A stretch of 40,000 nt of DNA, taken from positions 2,894,498-2,934,497 of the forward strand of contig NZ_FSRB01000002.1 in the NCBI RefSeq assembly GCF_900129635.1, given 5' to 3'. This document shows positions 17,258 through 26,860 of the stretch, piece after piece; positions within the stretch are counted from its first letter, which is position 1; every line of letters starts with the position of its first letter. Both the position numbers and the translations under genes were made by a program. Below the pieces are notes generated by a model, which was given only the letters and a program-made list of their open reading frames with translations, did not search any database and was not told the origin of the DNA. Source of the DNA: Singulisphaera sp. GP187 (GTDB lineage: Bacteria > Planctomycetota > Planctomycetia > Isosphaerales > Isosphaeraceae).

Positions 17258-17971
17258 ATGGGCCACAAAAGACCGGCCGTTGTCCTCCTCAGCGGCGGAC
17301 TGGACTCGACGACGACATTGGCTCTCGCCCATCGGGACGGTTTCGACCTCTTCGCCCTGAGCTTCCGTTACGGGCAGCGTCATCTTGCCGAGCTCGAGGC
17401 TGCCCGTCGGGTGGCTGAGAGGCTCGGCGTCGTGAAACACATCATCGCGGACATCGACCTGCGTCAGTTCGGAGGCTCCGCCCTGACCTCGGATCTCGAC
17501 GTTCCCAAGGGACGGACACCAAACGAGATGGGTGCTGGGATACCCGTCACGTATGTCCCGGCCAGGAACACGGTCTTCCTTTCCTTCGCCTTGGCCTGGG
17601 CCGAGGTCCTGGGATCGACCGACATCTTCATCGGGGTTAACGCTCTTGATTACAGCGGTTATCCCGACTGCCGTCCGGAATTCATCGCGGCTTTCGAGTC
17701 AATGGCGAACCTAGCCACGAAAATGGGCGTCGAGGGATCGCGGCCTCTCACCATCCACACCCCCCTGATCGCCCTGACCAAGGCCGAGATCATCAGGACG
17801 GGGATCGAGTTGGGTGTGGACTATGCGATGACGGTGACTTGTTACGATCCCTCTCCCGGCGGCGAAGCCTGTGGAGCCTGTGACGCGTGCCTCTTGCGTC
17901 GAAAGGGATTCGAGGAGAACGGTCTGAGCGACCCGGCTCGTTACGTTTCGGAAACCGCGGTGGTCCCATGA
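17258..17971 (+). CDS. queC: 7-cyano-7-deazaguanine (preQ0) synthase
   Basis: PP-loop '[12 protein letters not shown]' and C-terminal Zn-Cys cluster '[20 protein letters not shown]'. ATG at 17258 preceded by AGAGAGG. Confidence 0.95.
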   Translation: MGHKRPAVVLLSGGLDSTTTLALAHRDGFDLFALSFRYGQRHLAELEAARRVAERLGVVKHIIADIDLRQFGGSALTSDLDVPKGRTPNEMGAGIPVTYVPARNTVFLSFALAWAEVLGSTDIFIGVNALDYSGYPDCRPEFIAAFESMANLATKMGVEGSRPLTIHTPLIALTKAEIIRTGIELGVDYAMTVTCYDPSPGGEACGACDACLLRRKGFEENGLSDPARYVSETAVVP

Positions 17972-18606
17972 GCTACGCAGTCAAGTCCATCTTCTACACG
18001 CTCCAAGGTGAGGGGGCGAACACCGGCCGACCGGCTGTCTTCTGCCGGTTTGCGGGGTGCAACCTCTGGTCAGGACGTGAGGAAGACCGGCTCACCGCGA
18101 AGTGCTCGTTCTGCGACACCGATTTCGTGGGGACGGACGGACCTGGGGGTGGGCGGTTCCACTCGGCCGGGGAGCTGGCACAGGCGGTCCTGGGTTACTG
18201 GCCTAGCCCGCCGGCCGTTGGGCGGCCATTCGTCGTCTGCACGGGCGGTGAACCGCTCTTGCAACTAGACGAAGCCCTCGTCGTGGCCCTGCACGACCAC
18301 GGTTTCGAGATCGCCGTCGAGACCAACGGCACCGTCCGACCGCCCCGCGGACTGGACTGGATCACGGTCAGCCCGAAAGCCGGGTCGGACTTGGTCATTC
18401 AGGCCGGTCAAGAGTTGAAGCTGGTTTTCCCTCAGGCAGGGCTACGGCCGGAGCCCTTCGAGGGGCTGGATTTCCGCCACTTCTTCCTCCAGCCCATGGA
18501 TGGGACGGAGGCCGAGGTTAACACCCGGCTCGCCGTGCGGTACTGCCTTGAGCACCCGTGTTGGAGGTTGAGCCTCCAGACCCACAAGATGCTGGGGATC
18601 CCCTGA
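17968..18606 (+). CDS. queE: 7-carboxy-7-deazaguanine synthase (radical SAM)
   Basis: '[27 protein letters not shown]...(14 aa between Cys)...CSFCDT' is the C-x14-C-x2-C cluster variant. The ATG at 17968 overlaps the queC stop (ATGA). Confidence 0.93.
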   Translation: MSYAVKSIFYTLQGEGANTGRPAVFCRFAGCNLWSGREEDRLTAKCSFCDTDFVGTDGPGGGRFHSAGELAQAVLGYWPSPPAVGRPFVVCTGGEPLLQLDEALVVALHDHGFEIAVETNGTVRPPRGLDWITVSPKAGSDLVIQAGQELKLVFPQAGLRPEPFEGLDFRHFFLQPMDGTEAEVNTRLAVRYCLEHPCWRLSLQTHKMLGIP

Positions 18607-19448
18607 TGCTTGACCTGACGGGTGGTGTGAATGACACGCGGGGAACGGAGCCGCTGGTCGACGTCCAGAACCACGCCGACGATCGATGCGTCCCCATCGA
18701 CCAGGTCGGGGTGAGCAATCTGCGTTACCCGATCGTGGTGCTTGACCGTGCCAACCAGAAGCAACCGACCGTGGCGAGCCTGTCGATGTCGGTCAACCTG
18801 CCCCACCACTTCAAGGGGACGCACATGAGCCGCTTCGTCGAGGTGCTGAACGAGCACCGCGGTGAGGTGACCATGTTCACGCTTCCCGCGATCCTTGACG
18901 GGCTGAGGTCGCGGCTTCAAGCCGAGAGTGCCCGCATCGAGGTCCGGTTCCCTTACTTCCTGGAACGCGTGGCCCCGGTTAGTGGGGCTCGAGCCCTGAT
19001 GGGTTACGATTGCTCATTCATCGGCGAAGCGAGCGAGGCTGGGGAGGACTTTGTGCTGGGCGTACGGATACCCGTGACCAGCCTCTGCCCGTGCAGCAAG
19101 GCGATCAGCGATTACGGGGCCCACAACCAGCGGGGGCACGTGACGATCGAGGTGCGTGGGGGACAAAACGGTGGGACGGGTCCCGAACTCATCTGGATCG
19201 AGGAACTGGTCGAGGTAGCGGAGCGGTCCGCGTCAGCCCCGGTGTTCGCCCTGCTGAAGCGGGAGGACGAGCGGTTCGTGACGATGCAGGCCTACGACAA
19301 CCCGGCGTTCGTCGAGGACATCGTGCGGAATGCGGCCCTCATCCTCCGCGTGGATGAACGAATCACCTGGTTCCGGGTCCACGCGGAGAATCAGGAAAGC
19401 ATCCATAACCACGATGCGTTCGCCCAGGTCGAGTGGGCCCGAATCTGA
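18606..19448 (+). CDS. folE2: GTP cyclohydrolase FolE2/MptA type (GCYH-IB)
   Basis: 'GTHMSRF' and 'CPCSKAISDYGAHNQRG'. The ATG at 18606 overlaps the queE stop (TGATG). Confidence 0.9.
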   Translation: MLDLTGGVNDTRGTEPLVDVQNHADDRCVPIDQVGVSNLRYPIVVLDRANQKQPTVASLSMSVNLPHHFKGTHMSRFVEVLNEHRGEVTMFTLPAILDGLRSRLQAESARIEVRFPYFLERVAPVSGARALMGYDCSFIGEASEAGEDFVLGVRIPVTSLCPCSKAISDYGAHNQRGHVTIEVRGGQNGGTGPELIWIEELVEVAERSASAPVFALLKREDERFVTMQAYDNPAFVEDIVRNAALILRVDERITWFRVHAENQESIHNHDAFAQVEWARI

Positions 19449-19616
19449 CCGGAATACCCGGGTCTATCGACGGGCAGCGGGAATTGTTCGAAGGAATTCG
19501 TCCATCACGCGGCTTCGCATGGGTAGCAACTCGGAGTTTTTCCAGCATTAATGATGCGAGAACTAGATGCTCCTTGCGACTTCCCGGCCCGATATCGCCT
19601 GGATTGAGCTATCGAG

Positions 19617-19862
19617 ATGACTACGATCAGAGAATCCATGGAGGCCATCGGTTTCGGGATGCCTGCGGTTGTTGCACTCTCCCCTGACCTGAGGCGTGCT
19701 TATCAGCACTTCGCCGAATGGAAGCTGGATACTCATTGCGGGTCCGAGTGCCAGAAGCTGTTAGACCTGGCAACCCCTCTGCTGGAAGCCGCTGACCCGG
19801 CGGCCCGTCCTGAACTTTGGCGAGGAATCGTTTCCGCCATGGCGATCATTTGCGTAGGCTAG
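19617..19862 (+). CDS. Small hypothetical protein (81 aa)
   Basis: ORF with GC3-biased codons ending 15 nt before the TGT-fusion gene. No recognisable motif and no QueD-type His motifs. Confidence 0.4.
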   Translation: MTTIRESMEAIGFGMPAVVALSPDLRRAYQHFAEWKLDTHCGSECQKLLDLATPLLEAADPAARPELWRGIVSAMAIICVG

Positions 19863-19877
19863 GTTTCGAGGAACTGC

Positions 19878-21941
19878 ATGACGCGGATTCTAGTGGTCAC
19901 TTCCTGCACGGGCGAGAAGCTCGTCGAGACCAATGGTGCTCTGACCCTCGATGACTTCCAACAAGGCGGGGACCATCTTGCTCAACGTGAACGGAGCCTT
20001 TGCGAGTTCATGACCCCGGCTGAGACCCTGTACACCGGCCAGCAGCATGTCCGGCTCATGCGAGGAGTTCGGGCCTTTCGAGACAACTCCCGAGAAGTAA
20101 GTCGGAAGGATAACCTAGAACTTTGGGTCATCTCGGCCGGTTACGGCTTGATCCCTGGCGATCGCAAAATTGCCCCGTATGAATGCACGTTCCAGGGGAT
20201 GAGAACCAAGGCCCTTCGGTCGTGGGCAGATCAGCTCGGGGTGCCGGCGGCTATCCGAAAGCTCCTCGCACGGCCCTTCGACCTGGCCTTGATCAACCTG
20301 GGAGATGCCTATCTCGAGGCATGCCACTTGGGCCCGGACGTGACGCTCGGAGGGCCAACCATCTTGTTCTGCGGGACGACGGCGGCCAAACGCTTGCCCC
20401 GCCTGGATCAACTTCGCGTCGTGACGCTCTCCAACCCGCAAGCCAAGCGGTTCTCGTGCGGCTTGGTGGGGCTGAAGGGGGAGGTCTCGGGACGGATCCT
20501 TGAGCGGATGGCCCAGGAACCCGAGGCCATGCTGCGGCAATCCGTCGACCCAATGATCGACGTCCTCGACATTCTGGATGGTTCGGCGTCCCCTGTGAAG
20601 GCCACAAGGGCGAAGGCTAGGGTCAATCCGGTCGTCGATCGGGTGATCACAATCCCCGTTCCGTGGCGGCAGAAGCCACACCGTGATCGGCTCCGCTACT
20701 TCATCCCCGAGTGGGACGACCTGGTTGATCCCGAGTACGATTTCGAAACCGATACCCATTCGGGAGGCTCTGGCGACTGGTCGAATCAGGTCTACGCACA
20801 CCAGATGTATCCCGAGCCCAACTATGACGGGATCCTCGTCTCCAAGGTCGTCGCGGAGAAGAGTAAGAAGAAGAAAGAGCGGATCAACGCCCTCGGCGTC
20901 CATCGGTTTCTCAGAGTCCCGCCCGATTTCCCGGTCATGGGGGACTGCGGGGCTTTCGGGTACATCCAGCAGGAACATCCGCCTTACTCGACCGAGGAGA
21001 TTCTCGATTACTATACCCGCCTTGGCTTCGATTATGGGGTCTCCGTCGACCACCTCATCGTGACTGCGACGACAGCTCAGAAGCAGCATCGTTACGAGTT
21101 GACGATCCATAACGCTGAGGAGTTTCTCAAGGAGCACCGGAAACGACGATTGCCGTGGGAGCCGATCGGTGCCGTTCAGGGCTGGGACGCCAAGAGCTAT
21201 ACCGAAGCAGCCCGCAAGGTCGTCAAGATGGGGTATAATTACATCGCACTAGGCGGTTTGGTCAGGACATCCACATCCGACATCCTGACGATCCTCGAAG
21301 ACGTCCATCACGTCGTGCCGGATGGCGTACAGGTCCACCTCTTCGGGCTCGCCCGGCTAAACGCAATATCCAATTTTGCCAGGCTGGGCGTGAATTCGGT
21401 CGATAGTGCCTCCTACCTCCGCCAGGCATGGATGCGGATCGGCCAGAGCTATCTTTCAGAGCACGGTGCATATGCCGCTCTGAGGATACCCGAGGCTGGC
21501 AAAAGCTTCCGTGCAAAGCAAATGACGGGTCACGCCGAGCTCAGTGAAACCCGCATCCAGAGCCTCGAGCAATCCGCGATTGGGAGCGTCCGAGCCCTTG
21601 CCCGGGAGAAATGCTCGGTCGAGACCTGCCTGGATCATCTGCTCGAATACGATCGCTTCGTCACGAGCGACCGGGTCAATATGACAGATTTGTATCGCCG
21701 AACGCTCACGGACCGCCCCTGGGAACGGTGCCCCTGCAACATCTGTCGCCGATGGGGCGTCGAGGTTATCATCTTCCGGGGCAACAACCGCAACCGACGG
21801 CGGGGCTTCCACAACACCTACGTGTTTTACGATCTGCTTCAGAAAGCCCTGCGAGGGGACTCGGTTGATCTCCAAGACACGACGGCGGAAGAGGCGGAGG
21901 AACTTCCTCTCTTTGCGTCGATCCCGGGGCAAGCAATTTGA
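19878..21941 (+). CDS. Fusion protein: uncharacterised N-terminal domain (about 1-230) + TGT-family (DpdA-like) transglycosylase with Zn-binding subdomain
   Basis: N-terminus: 'ILVVTSCTGEK...LYTGQQHVRL...WVISAGYGLIPGDRKIAPYECTF'. TGT part: 'GDCGAFGYI', 'IALGGLVR', 'VHLFGLARL', 'VNSVDSASY', and Zn motif 'CPCNIC...(21 aa)...H'. ATG at 19878 preceded by GAGGAA. Confidence 0.85.
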   Translation: MTRILVVTSCTGEKLVETNGALTLDDFQQGGDHLAQRERSLCEFMTPAETLYTGQQHVRLMRGVRAFRDNSREVSRKDNLELWVISAGYGLIPGDRKIAPYECTFQGMRTKALRSWADQLGVPAAIRKLLARPFDLALINLGDAYLEACHLGPDVTLGGPTILFCGTTAAKRLPRLDQLRVVTLSNPQAKRFSCGLVGLKGEVSGRILERMAQEPEAMLRQSVDPMIDVLDILDGSASPVKATRAKARVNPVVDRVITIPVPWRQKPHRDRLRYFIPEWDDLVDPEYDFETDTHSGGSGDWSNQVYAHQMYPEPNYDGILVSKVVAEKSKKKKERINALGVHRFLRVPPDFPVMGDCGAFGYIQQEHPPYSTEEILDYYTRLGFDYGVSVDHLIVTATTAQKQHRYELTIHNAEEFLKEHRKRRLPWEPIGAVQGWDAKSYTEAARKVVKMGYNYIALGGLVRTSTSDILTILEDVHHVVPDGVQVHLFGLARLNAISNFARLGVNSVDSASYLRQAWMRIGQSYLSEHGAYAALRIPEAGKSFRAKQMTGHAELSETRIQSLEQSAIGSVRALAREKCSVETCLDHLLEYDRFVTSDRVNMTDLYRRTLTDRPWERCPCNICRRWGVEVIIFRGNNRNRRRGFHNTYVFYDLLQKALRGDSVDLQDTTAEEAEELPLFASIPGQAI

Positions 21942-23158
21942 GATTCGACCTTCACCTTCGAGCCGGCATCAAGCAACAGATCGACGACCTCGCGGAAGAG
22001 ATGTGTCGGTGGGAGGAAACACCCCGCATCGCCGAGGCCGAGGGCCGGAAGATCCGGAATGCCGTAAGTTCGTTTTCGCACTGTACGCAGGTAGGCGACC
22101 TCAGGATCGGCGGCGTCGACGGCTCGGGCGACTATCCGTCGGTCGTCTACGCCGACTCGTTCATCTACGTCACGGTTGCACACGGTACGATTTACGAGTC
22201 CGAATTAACTTGTGGATTGCGAGAGTGCTCTCCTGGCTTCGACCCTGTCATTGACTTCACCTGGCTCCCGGGAGCGGAACTTGCTTGGAGATCAGCCCTG
22301 GACACTGCGTTCGAACGGCTCGCAGGTCGTTCGATTGACGATGTCCTTCAGGACTCGGATTATAGAAAGCTCAAGTCGGATGCGACCGGGCGGGCCCAGC
22401 CGGTCAAGGTTCTGAAGGAGGCTTTGGTCCGGCCTCATGCGTCCGACGCCGGCAACATCGGCATCCAGCTCCGATCGCTGGGCGAGCTGGGGGCGGCCTT
22501 GCGGTTGATCAAGTGCCCGCACCGGCTCGACTACGTCTTGATGGATGGGACGCTCTCGCTACCCTTCGTGACGCGGACCGATCTTAGCCTCTTCCAGGAG
22601 CATCTCAAGCGGCTATGCTGCGTCGAGGCCCGCAGCCGTGGTGTGGGCTTCTTCGCCCTGAGCAAGTCGCACGGGCTCCCCTCGATGGAGCTGATCGAAG
22701 AATTGGCCAGGGAGCACCAGGGGCTAGATCGCGGGAAACCCGCCGAGCACTGGTTCCTCCGGATTCCCACAATTGAACTCGACGGTTGGGAATCGCAACT
22801 CGTTGAAGGTCGCAGGATTCCGCCTCAGGGGGCGATTTCTTATCTGGTCCGGTTCCATCGAACGACGCCAGTACTCCGCCTCGACATGGATCGCGATTAC
22901 TGGATTCGATGCGTGCGTGGAGAAGTGGGTGAGCAGACCCTTGCAAACGAGCAAAGGATCTTCGAGAATCTCGACTATTCCGGCCACGATCAGCGGTGTT
23001 TCGGGTATCCCTACCCTATCAAGGCCGGACATGATCGGGCCTCTTTGACTAAAGCAGAGCGTGTCGCTCTCCGCAAGCAGATCATCGACGCGGCGGTCCG
23101 GGCTGGGATGAAGCGGTCCCTGTTCCGCGACGCTTCTCAGGCGACGGGACACGAATAG
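21938..23158 (+). CDS. NurA-like nuclease domain protein
   Basis: 'IGGVDGSGDY', 'YVLMDGTLSLPF', 'FFALSKSHG', 'YLVRFHRTTPVLRLDM' match my memory of the NurA motif order. The TTG start at 21938 overlaps the upstream stop (TTTGA). Confidence 0.65.
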   Translation: MRFDLHLRAGIKQQIDDLAEEMCRWEETPRIAEAEGRKIRNAVSSFSHCTQVGDLRIGGVDGSGDYPSVVYADSFIYVTVAHGTIYESELTCGLRECSPGFDPVIDFTWLPGAELAWRSALDTAFERLAGRSIDDVLQDSDYRKLKSDATGRAQPVKVLKEALVRPHASDAGNIGIQLRSLGELGAALRLIKCPHRLDYVLMDGTLSLPFVTRTDLSLFQEHLKRLCCVEARSRGVGFFALSKSHGLPSMELIEELAREHQGLDRGKPAEHWFLRIPTIELDGWESQLVEGRRIPPQGAISYLVRFHRTTPVLRLDMDRDYWIRCVRGEVGEQTLANEQRIFENLDYSGHDQRCFGYPYPIKAGHDRASLTKAERVALRKQIIDAAVRAGMKRSLFRDASQATGHE

Positions 23159-23166
23159 GCGGTCCG

Positions 23167-24960
23167 ATGGCAACCCTGGATGAGCTCATCGGATGTCTGG
23201 GCGTGCCGTTCGGCGTCTTGGCCGAGAGTAACACGAATCAATTGACTGTCATCGCCCGCGACACGGACGTTGCCGTGGGCGACCTGTTCCTCCTTCCGTG
23301 CCGCCGCGGCCCTGACCGAATTTACATCTTCCGGACCAACCAGTATGCGAACGTGCTCAATCGCACGATCGAGCTGGACGACGTGGCCCGGAACAAGTTG
23401 ACGATGCCGGACTCGTACCTATCGGAGGATCTCGCCGACGAGAAGCTGATCGAGCTCGTCGGAATGGTGATGGGCTACGCGGAGTGGAACCCGGGGGAGG
23501 ACGACTGGGATTTTCACCGTCCCCGCCGGCTTCCCCAGCACCTCTCGGACGTCTACCTGGTCGATCACGCGAACCCGCAGATCGGTCAGGTCATCCGAAC
23601 GCTACTCCGCAGCCAGCTCGGCGAGTCCGGGATCTACGTAGGCGACCTCCTCGCGGGCGAGCGACCCCTGGCTGGCGTGCCGGTCTACTTGCCCCCGTTC
23701 GCCTTTTCCCACCACCTCGGCATCTTCGGTCGGACCGGCAGCGGCAAGAGCAACCTCATGATGGTCCTGCTCCGCTCGGTGCTGGAGCATAACCGAGGGG
23801 TGGCCTTCGGCACCACCCCCGGCCCTCGCGTCTCGATACTCGCCATCGACCCGCACGACGAGTTCCGCACCTGGCATGCGGCGATCGGCGGTGCCGATGG
23901 GATCCGAGGGATCGTCGAAGGGTATGGTCAGGGCGAGAGGTCCGAGCTAATCGAGCCGTTCTATTACCTGACAGCGAGGGATGCTGGCGGGGCCCTCGAA
24001 CGGCGAGTGCGGCTCTCGCGGGCCGACCTGGTCCCCGACGACCTGGCCAGCGTGATGGAGTTCAGCGAGCAGCAGGTTGCCTTTGCGAACCAGCACTACG
24101 CGACCTTCGGCGAACAGTGGGTGGGCCGGCTGCTGCTAGGCGACCACGGAGAGGCCGCCGGGGGGCATGGTGGGGAGGTGGGGGCGGCCTTCCTGCCGGG
24201 CACGGTGTCCGCCGTCCAGCGGAGGCTCGCTTTCCTCCGTCATGGGCACACGCGGGTCTTCACCCGGTTCGACCCGGAAGCCGGCCTGCCCTACCTCTCC
24301 GACTTGCCAGACATTGTCTGTGCCCTGGAGCGGGGCCGCGTGATCGTCGTCGACACGACTCTGATGTCGGAGATGGAACAGTTCCTGATGACGACGGTCG
24401 TCGCCAGGGTCGTGTTTGGGCTCCGGAGAGCAATCCGATCGGCTGAGACGGTCGAAGACCTGCGGCGAGAGATTCGGCACGCCTTCGACAACGATCCGGA
24501 AGAAGGCCATCTGGGCCAGCAGAGCTTGGCCGACCGGCTGGTCGAGCAACTGGACGGAGGCGATCTGCCGTACTTGGATGGGGCGACCGTCAGGTCTTCG
24601 GAGCACCTCCCGTTCATTAACGTGGTGATCGAGGAGGCCCCCAGCGTCCTGAACCCAGATCGGCTCAGATTTGGAAGCATCTTCCGTGACATCAGCCGGC
24701 AGGGCCGGAAGTTCGGTATCGGGCTGACGGTCGTGAGCCAGCAGGTCAGCGTGATCGACCATGGGGTTCTGACGCAGCTCAACACGGAGCTTACCATGTC
24801 TCTCGGCAACGACCTCGAACGCCGGGAGGCCACACGCAATGCTTCTTCCGACCTGTCCGGGTTCGAGCGAGAGTTGCAGGTGATAGGCAAAGGCCAGGTC
24901 GTAGTTACCGGATCGTACCGGGACATGCCGCTTCCGATCCAGATTCCCAGATTCGAGTGA
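23167..24960 (+). CDS. HerA/FtsK-like (DUF87) ATPase with N-terminal HAS-barrel-like region
   Basis: Walker A 'GIFGRTGSGKSN', Walker B 'INVVIEEAPSVL', 'SRQGRKFGIGLTVVSQQVSVIDHGVLTQLNTELTMSLGN'. Confidence 0.85.
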   Translation: MATLDELIGCLGVPFGVLAESNTNQLTVIARDTDVAVGDLFLLPCRRGPDRIYIFRTNQYANVLNRTIELDDVARNKLTMPDSYLSEDLADEKLIELVGMVMGYAEWNPGEDDWDFHRPRRLPQHLSDVYLVDHANPQIGQVIRTLLRSQLGESGIYVGDLLAGERPLAGVPVYLPPFAFSHHLGIFGRTGSGKSNLMMVLLRSVLEHNRGVAFGTTPGPRVSILAIDPHDEFRTWHAAIGGADGIRGIVEGYGQGERSELIEPFYYLTARDAGGALERRVRLSRADLVPDDLASVMEFSEQQVAFANQHYATFGEQWVGRLLLGDHGEAAGGHGGEVGAAFLPGTVSAVQRRLAFLRHGHTRVFTRFDPEAGLPYLSDLPDIVCALERGRVIVVDTTLMSEMEQFLMTTVVARVVFGLRRAIRSAETVEDLRREIRHAFDNDPEEGHLGQQSLADRLVEQLDGGDLPYLDGATVRSSEHLPFINVVIEEAPSVLNPDRLRFGSIFRDISRQGRKFGIGLTVVSQQVSVIDHGVLTQLNTELTMSLGNDLERREATRNASSDLSGFERELQVIGKGQVVVTGSYRDMPLPIQIPRFE

Positions 24961-25027
24961 ACGGGGTCATGACGGCAACAGAAATGAACGTGTTTCGGGA
25001 TTTCTGAAACCACGAAATGGTGCATCA

Positions 25028-26860
25028 ATGGCTGGCGAAGCTCAAGGCAAGTTCTACGAGGCACTTACGTACGTTCTGATTGCTGATTCGAAGATTCTCG
25101 GCGGGTCTCAATTGTATTGGGACAAGCCAGTTGCCGGACTGTCAAAGCGGCCTGATTTGGTCATCGGGGCCTCTCTGGATCATATCGATGCAGTTATCAT
25201 GGTGACGCATAGCGGCTCAGCCAAAGAGTCAGAGAAGAAATATTGGAGGAATGCATGTGAATATGTTGAATCAAAGTTGTTTCTTGGAGGCAATCCATTT
25301 GTTCTTAACCTGGTTTACAATGCGGCAATGAAGCCCAACATTAAGGTGGTTTCGAAGTACTCGTTCGACGCGTCTATTATCGTCGAGGACGAAGCATTTG
25401 GCCCAACGCTTCTGACTTGGGCGGGGACTGCAATGGATAGCATTCCTCATGATGGCGACACCATTCAGTACGTTAGGGATCGCTTGCAATGCGATCTTGG
25501 TGCAAATCCCAAGCTGGCTACTGCGGTATCCGATCTTCGGCAGATGCTTATCGATGCGTTGCGAAACGCGAAGTCACTGAAGGCTCCGCTGATTAGTACA
25601 AGAACGCGAAAGGCCTTATCCGCAGATAAGGAGGCCCGCAAGACCGCATTGCGACGAGGCATCGCGAAAGCGATTTTGGTCGGAGATATCGACGCGATTT
25701 GGCAGCCTGCCAATACACAGAGCACATTTGCTGCACCGGATTACTGCAAAACGTTAAATTTTCACAAACCCTCGATCCTTGGAGACGTCGTTTGCGATCA
25801 GGACCTCATGTGGCTTCGGGAGAATCTGAGCCGAGAGTCCGTAAAGGAGATTATAAGCAATTGCCCAATCAAACAGATGCAGGTCTGGGTCGAACCTCTC
25901 AAAAACTTGGCGATCCTCGACCAATCGCAAGCATATGCTGCACAGCACTGGGATGAGTTGACAACTCCCGAGGGTCTCTATCATCATTTGGTAAAAACAA
26001 GTTCACGTGAATACATCAAATCTCATTTCGAGAACCGTTTCATTCCCCCAGGGTGGCTCTTCGACTATCTGCGAGAATTGTACAAGTCACATAAGAAGAG
26101 AAAGACGGCTTGGGGGTGGGCCGCCTTGGTGAAGGATTTGAAATTGGTCGATAAAGACTCCGCCTACCGCAGCTTTGTCTCTGAAGTTACTGGCATTCCA
26201 ATTGAGGAGCTGAGCAATGATTGGAGTGGATTTCGCACCGTCACTTACGCATTGCCAGAGTGGATCATGGGGGATTCCAGGGCCAATTTTAAACTGAGGC
26301 CGACAGATCTGCCTCGGCTAGCTTACACATTCGCACCCAGGCTGGCCTCGGTACCCAAAGCGGCCCTGGAGGAACTTAAGCAGAGGATTCTGGGCTTCTA
26401 CATCGCAAACTACCTGGAGGCAAAGCTGATTCAATACAGGAACTTCGATCCATTACGCATTCTGATCGAGCTCGAGTTGTCTAAAGCCGGCCTGCCGTAC
26501 GAGTTCGTTGAGCGGTTCCCTTCAGCATTTGTTGAGAAGGCCACGGCAGCAGGTGAACGGTTTAACGTTCGAACCGGAGCAACTTCTGTATTGCGTTGCA
26601 ACGACATGCTGATTTGTTGGAGGAGCGTGACCGGTCTCGGCAGAGACCACAAACAGAAAGAGTTGATCGCGAGAGCATTCGCTATCGGGCACACGTGGGG
26701 TGACGGTGGGTTCCGAGCGAGATCGAAGGTCAAGCGGTTGATTCTTGTCTTGGATGGTGATGTCGATGAACCAGACATTAAGGCTCTCTCTCGAGGGGGA
26801 TGGGATGAAATCTTCTACCCCAACGAGCTGGACTCCCTCCCAATATCGATCAACATGTGA
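25028..26860 (+). CDS. Orphan 610-aa protein in a low-GC segment, function unknown
   Basis: Long uninterrupted ORF with ATG start. The first 60 nt are 50% GC by hand count, against 63% for the first 60 nt of the herA-like gene, and A/T-ending codons are frequent. N-terminus 'KRPDLVIG...DAVIMVTHSGSAKESEKK' is only weakly nuclease-like. Confidence 0.75.
   Translation: MAGEAQGKFYEALTYVLIADSKILGGSQLYWDKPVAGLSKRPDLVIGASLDHIDAVIMVTHSGSAKESEKKYWRNACEYVESKLFLGGNPFVLNLVYNAAMKPNIKVVSKYSFDASIIVEDEAFGPTLLTWAGTAMDSIPHDGDTIQYVRDRLQCDLGANPKLATAVSDLRQMLIDALRNAKSLKAPLISTRTRKALSADKEARKTALRRGIAKAILVGDIDAIWQPANTQSTFAAPDYCKTLNFHKPSILGDVVCDQDLMWLRENLSRESVKEIISNCPIKQMQVWVEPLKNLAILDQSQAYAAQHWDELTTPEGLYHHLVKTSSREYIKSHFENRFIPPGWLFDYLRELYKSHKKRKTAWGWAALVKDLKLVDKDSAYRSFVSEVTGIPIEELSNDWSGFRTVTYALPEWIMGDSRANFKLRPTDLPRLAYTFAPRLASVPKAALEELKQRILGFYIANYLEAKLIQYRNFDPLRILIELELSKAGLPYEFVERFPSAFVEKATAAGERFNVRTGATSVLRCNDMLICWRSVTGLGRDHKQKELIARAFAIGHTWGDGGFRARSKVKRLILVLDGDVDEPDIKALSRGGWDEIFYPNELDSLPISINM

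Noticed and set aside
17258-19448. The QueC gene as part of a CBASS type IV (Cap9/Cap10) or Qat-type defence module.
   Set aside because: queC is accompanied by bona fide queE and folE2 with coupled translation, which indicates real preQ0 synthesis. No CD-NTase, TatD or QatA/B-like genes are visible.
19617-19862. The small ORF as the missing queD.
   Set aside because: It is too short for QueD and lacks the His-rich Zn-binding motifs characteristic of that enzyme.
19878-24960. A ParB-like DpdB or a DpdC homologue hidden among the island ORFs.
   Set aside because: None of the products shows a ParB N-terminal-type motif or anything I can align to my recollection of DpdB/DpdC. This is absence of evidence by eye only and needs profile searches.
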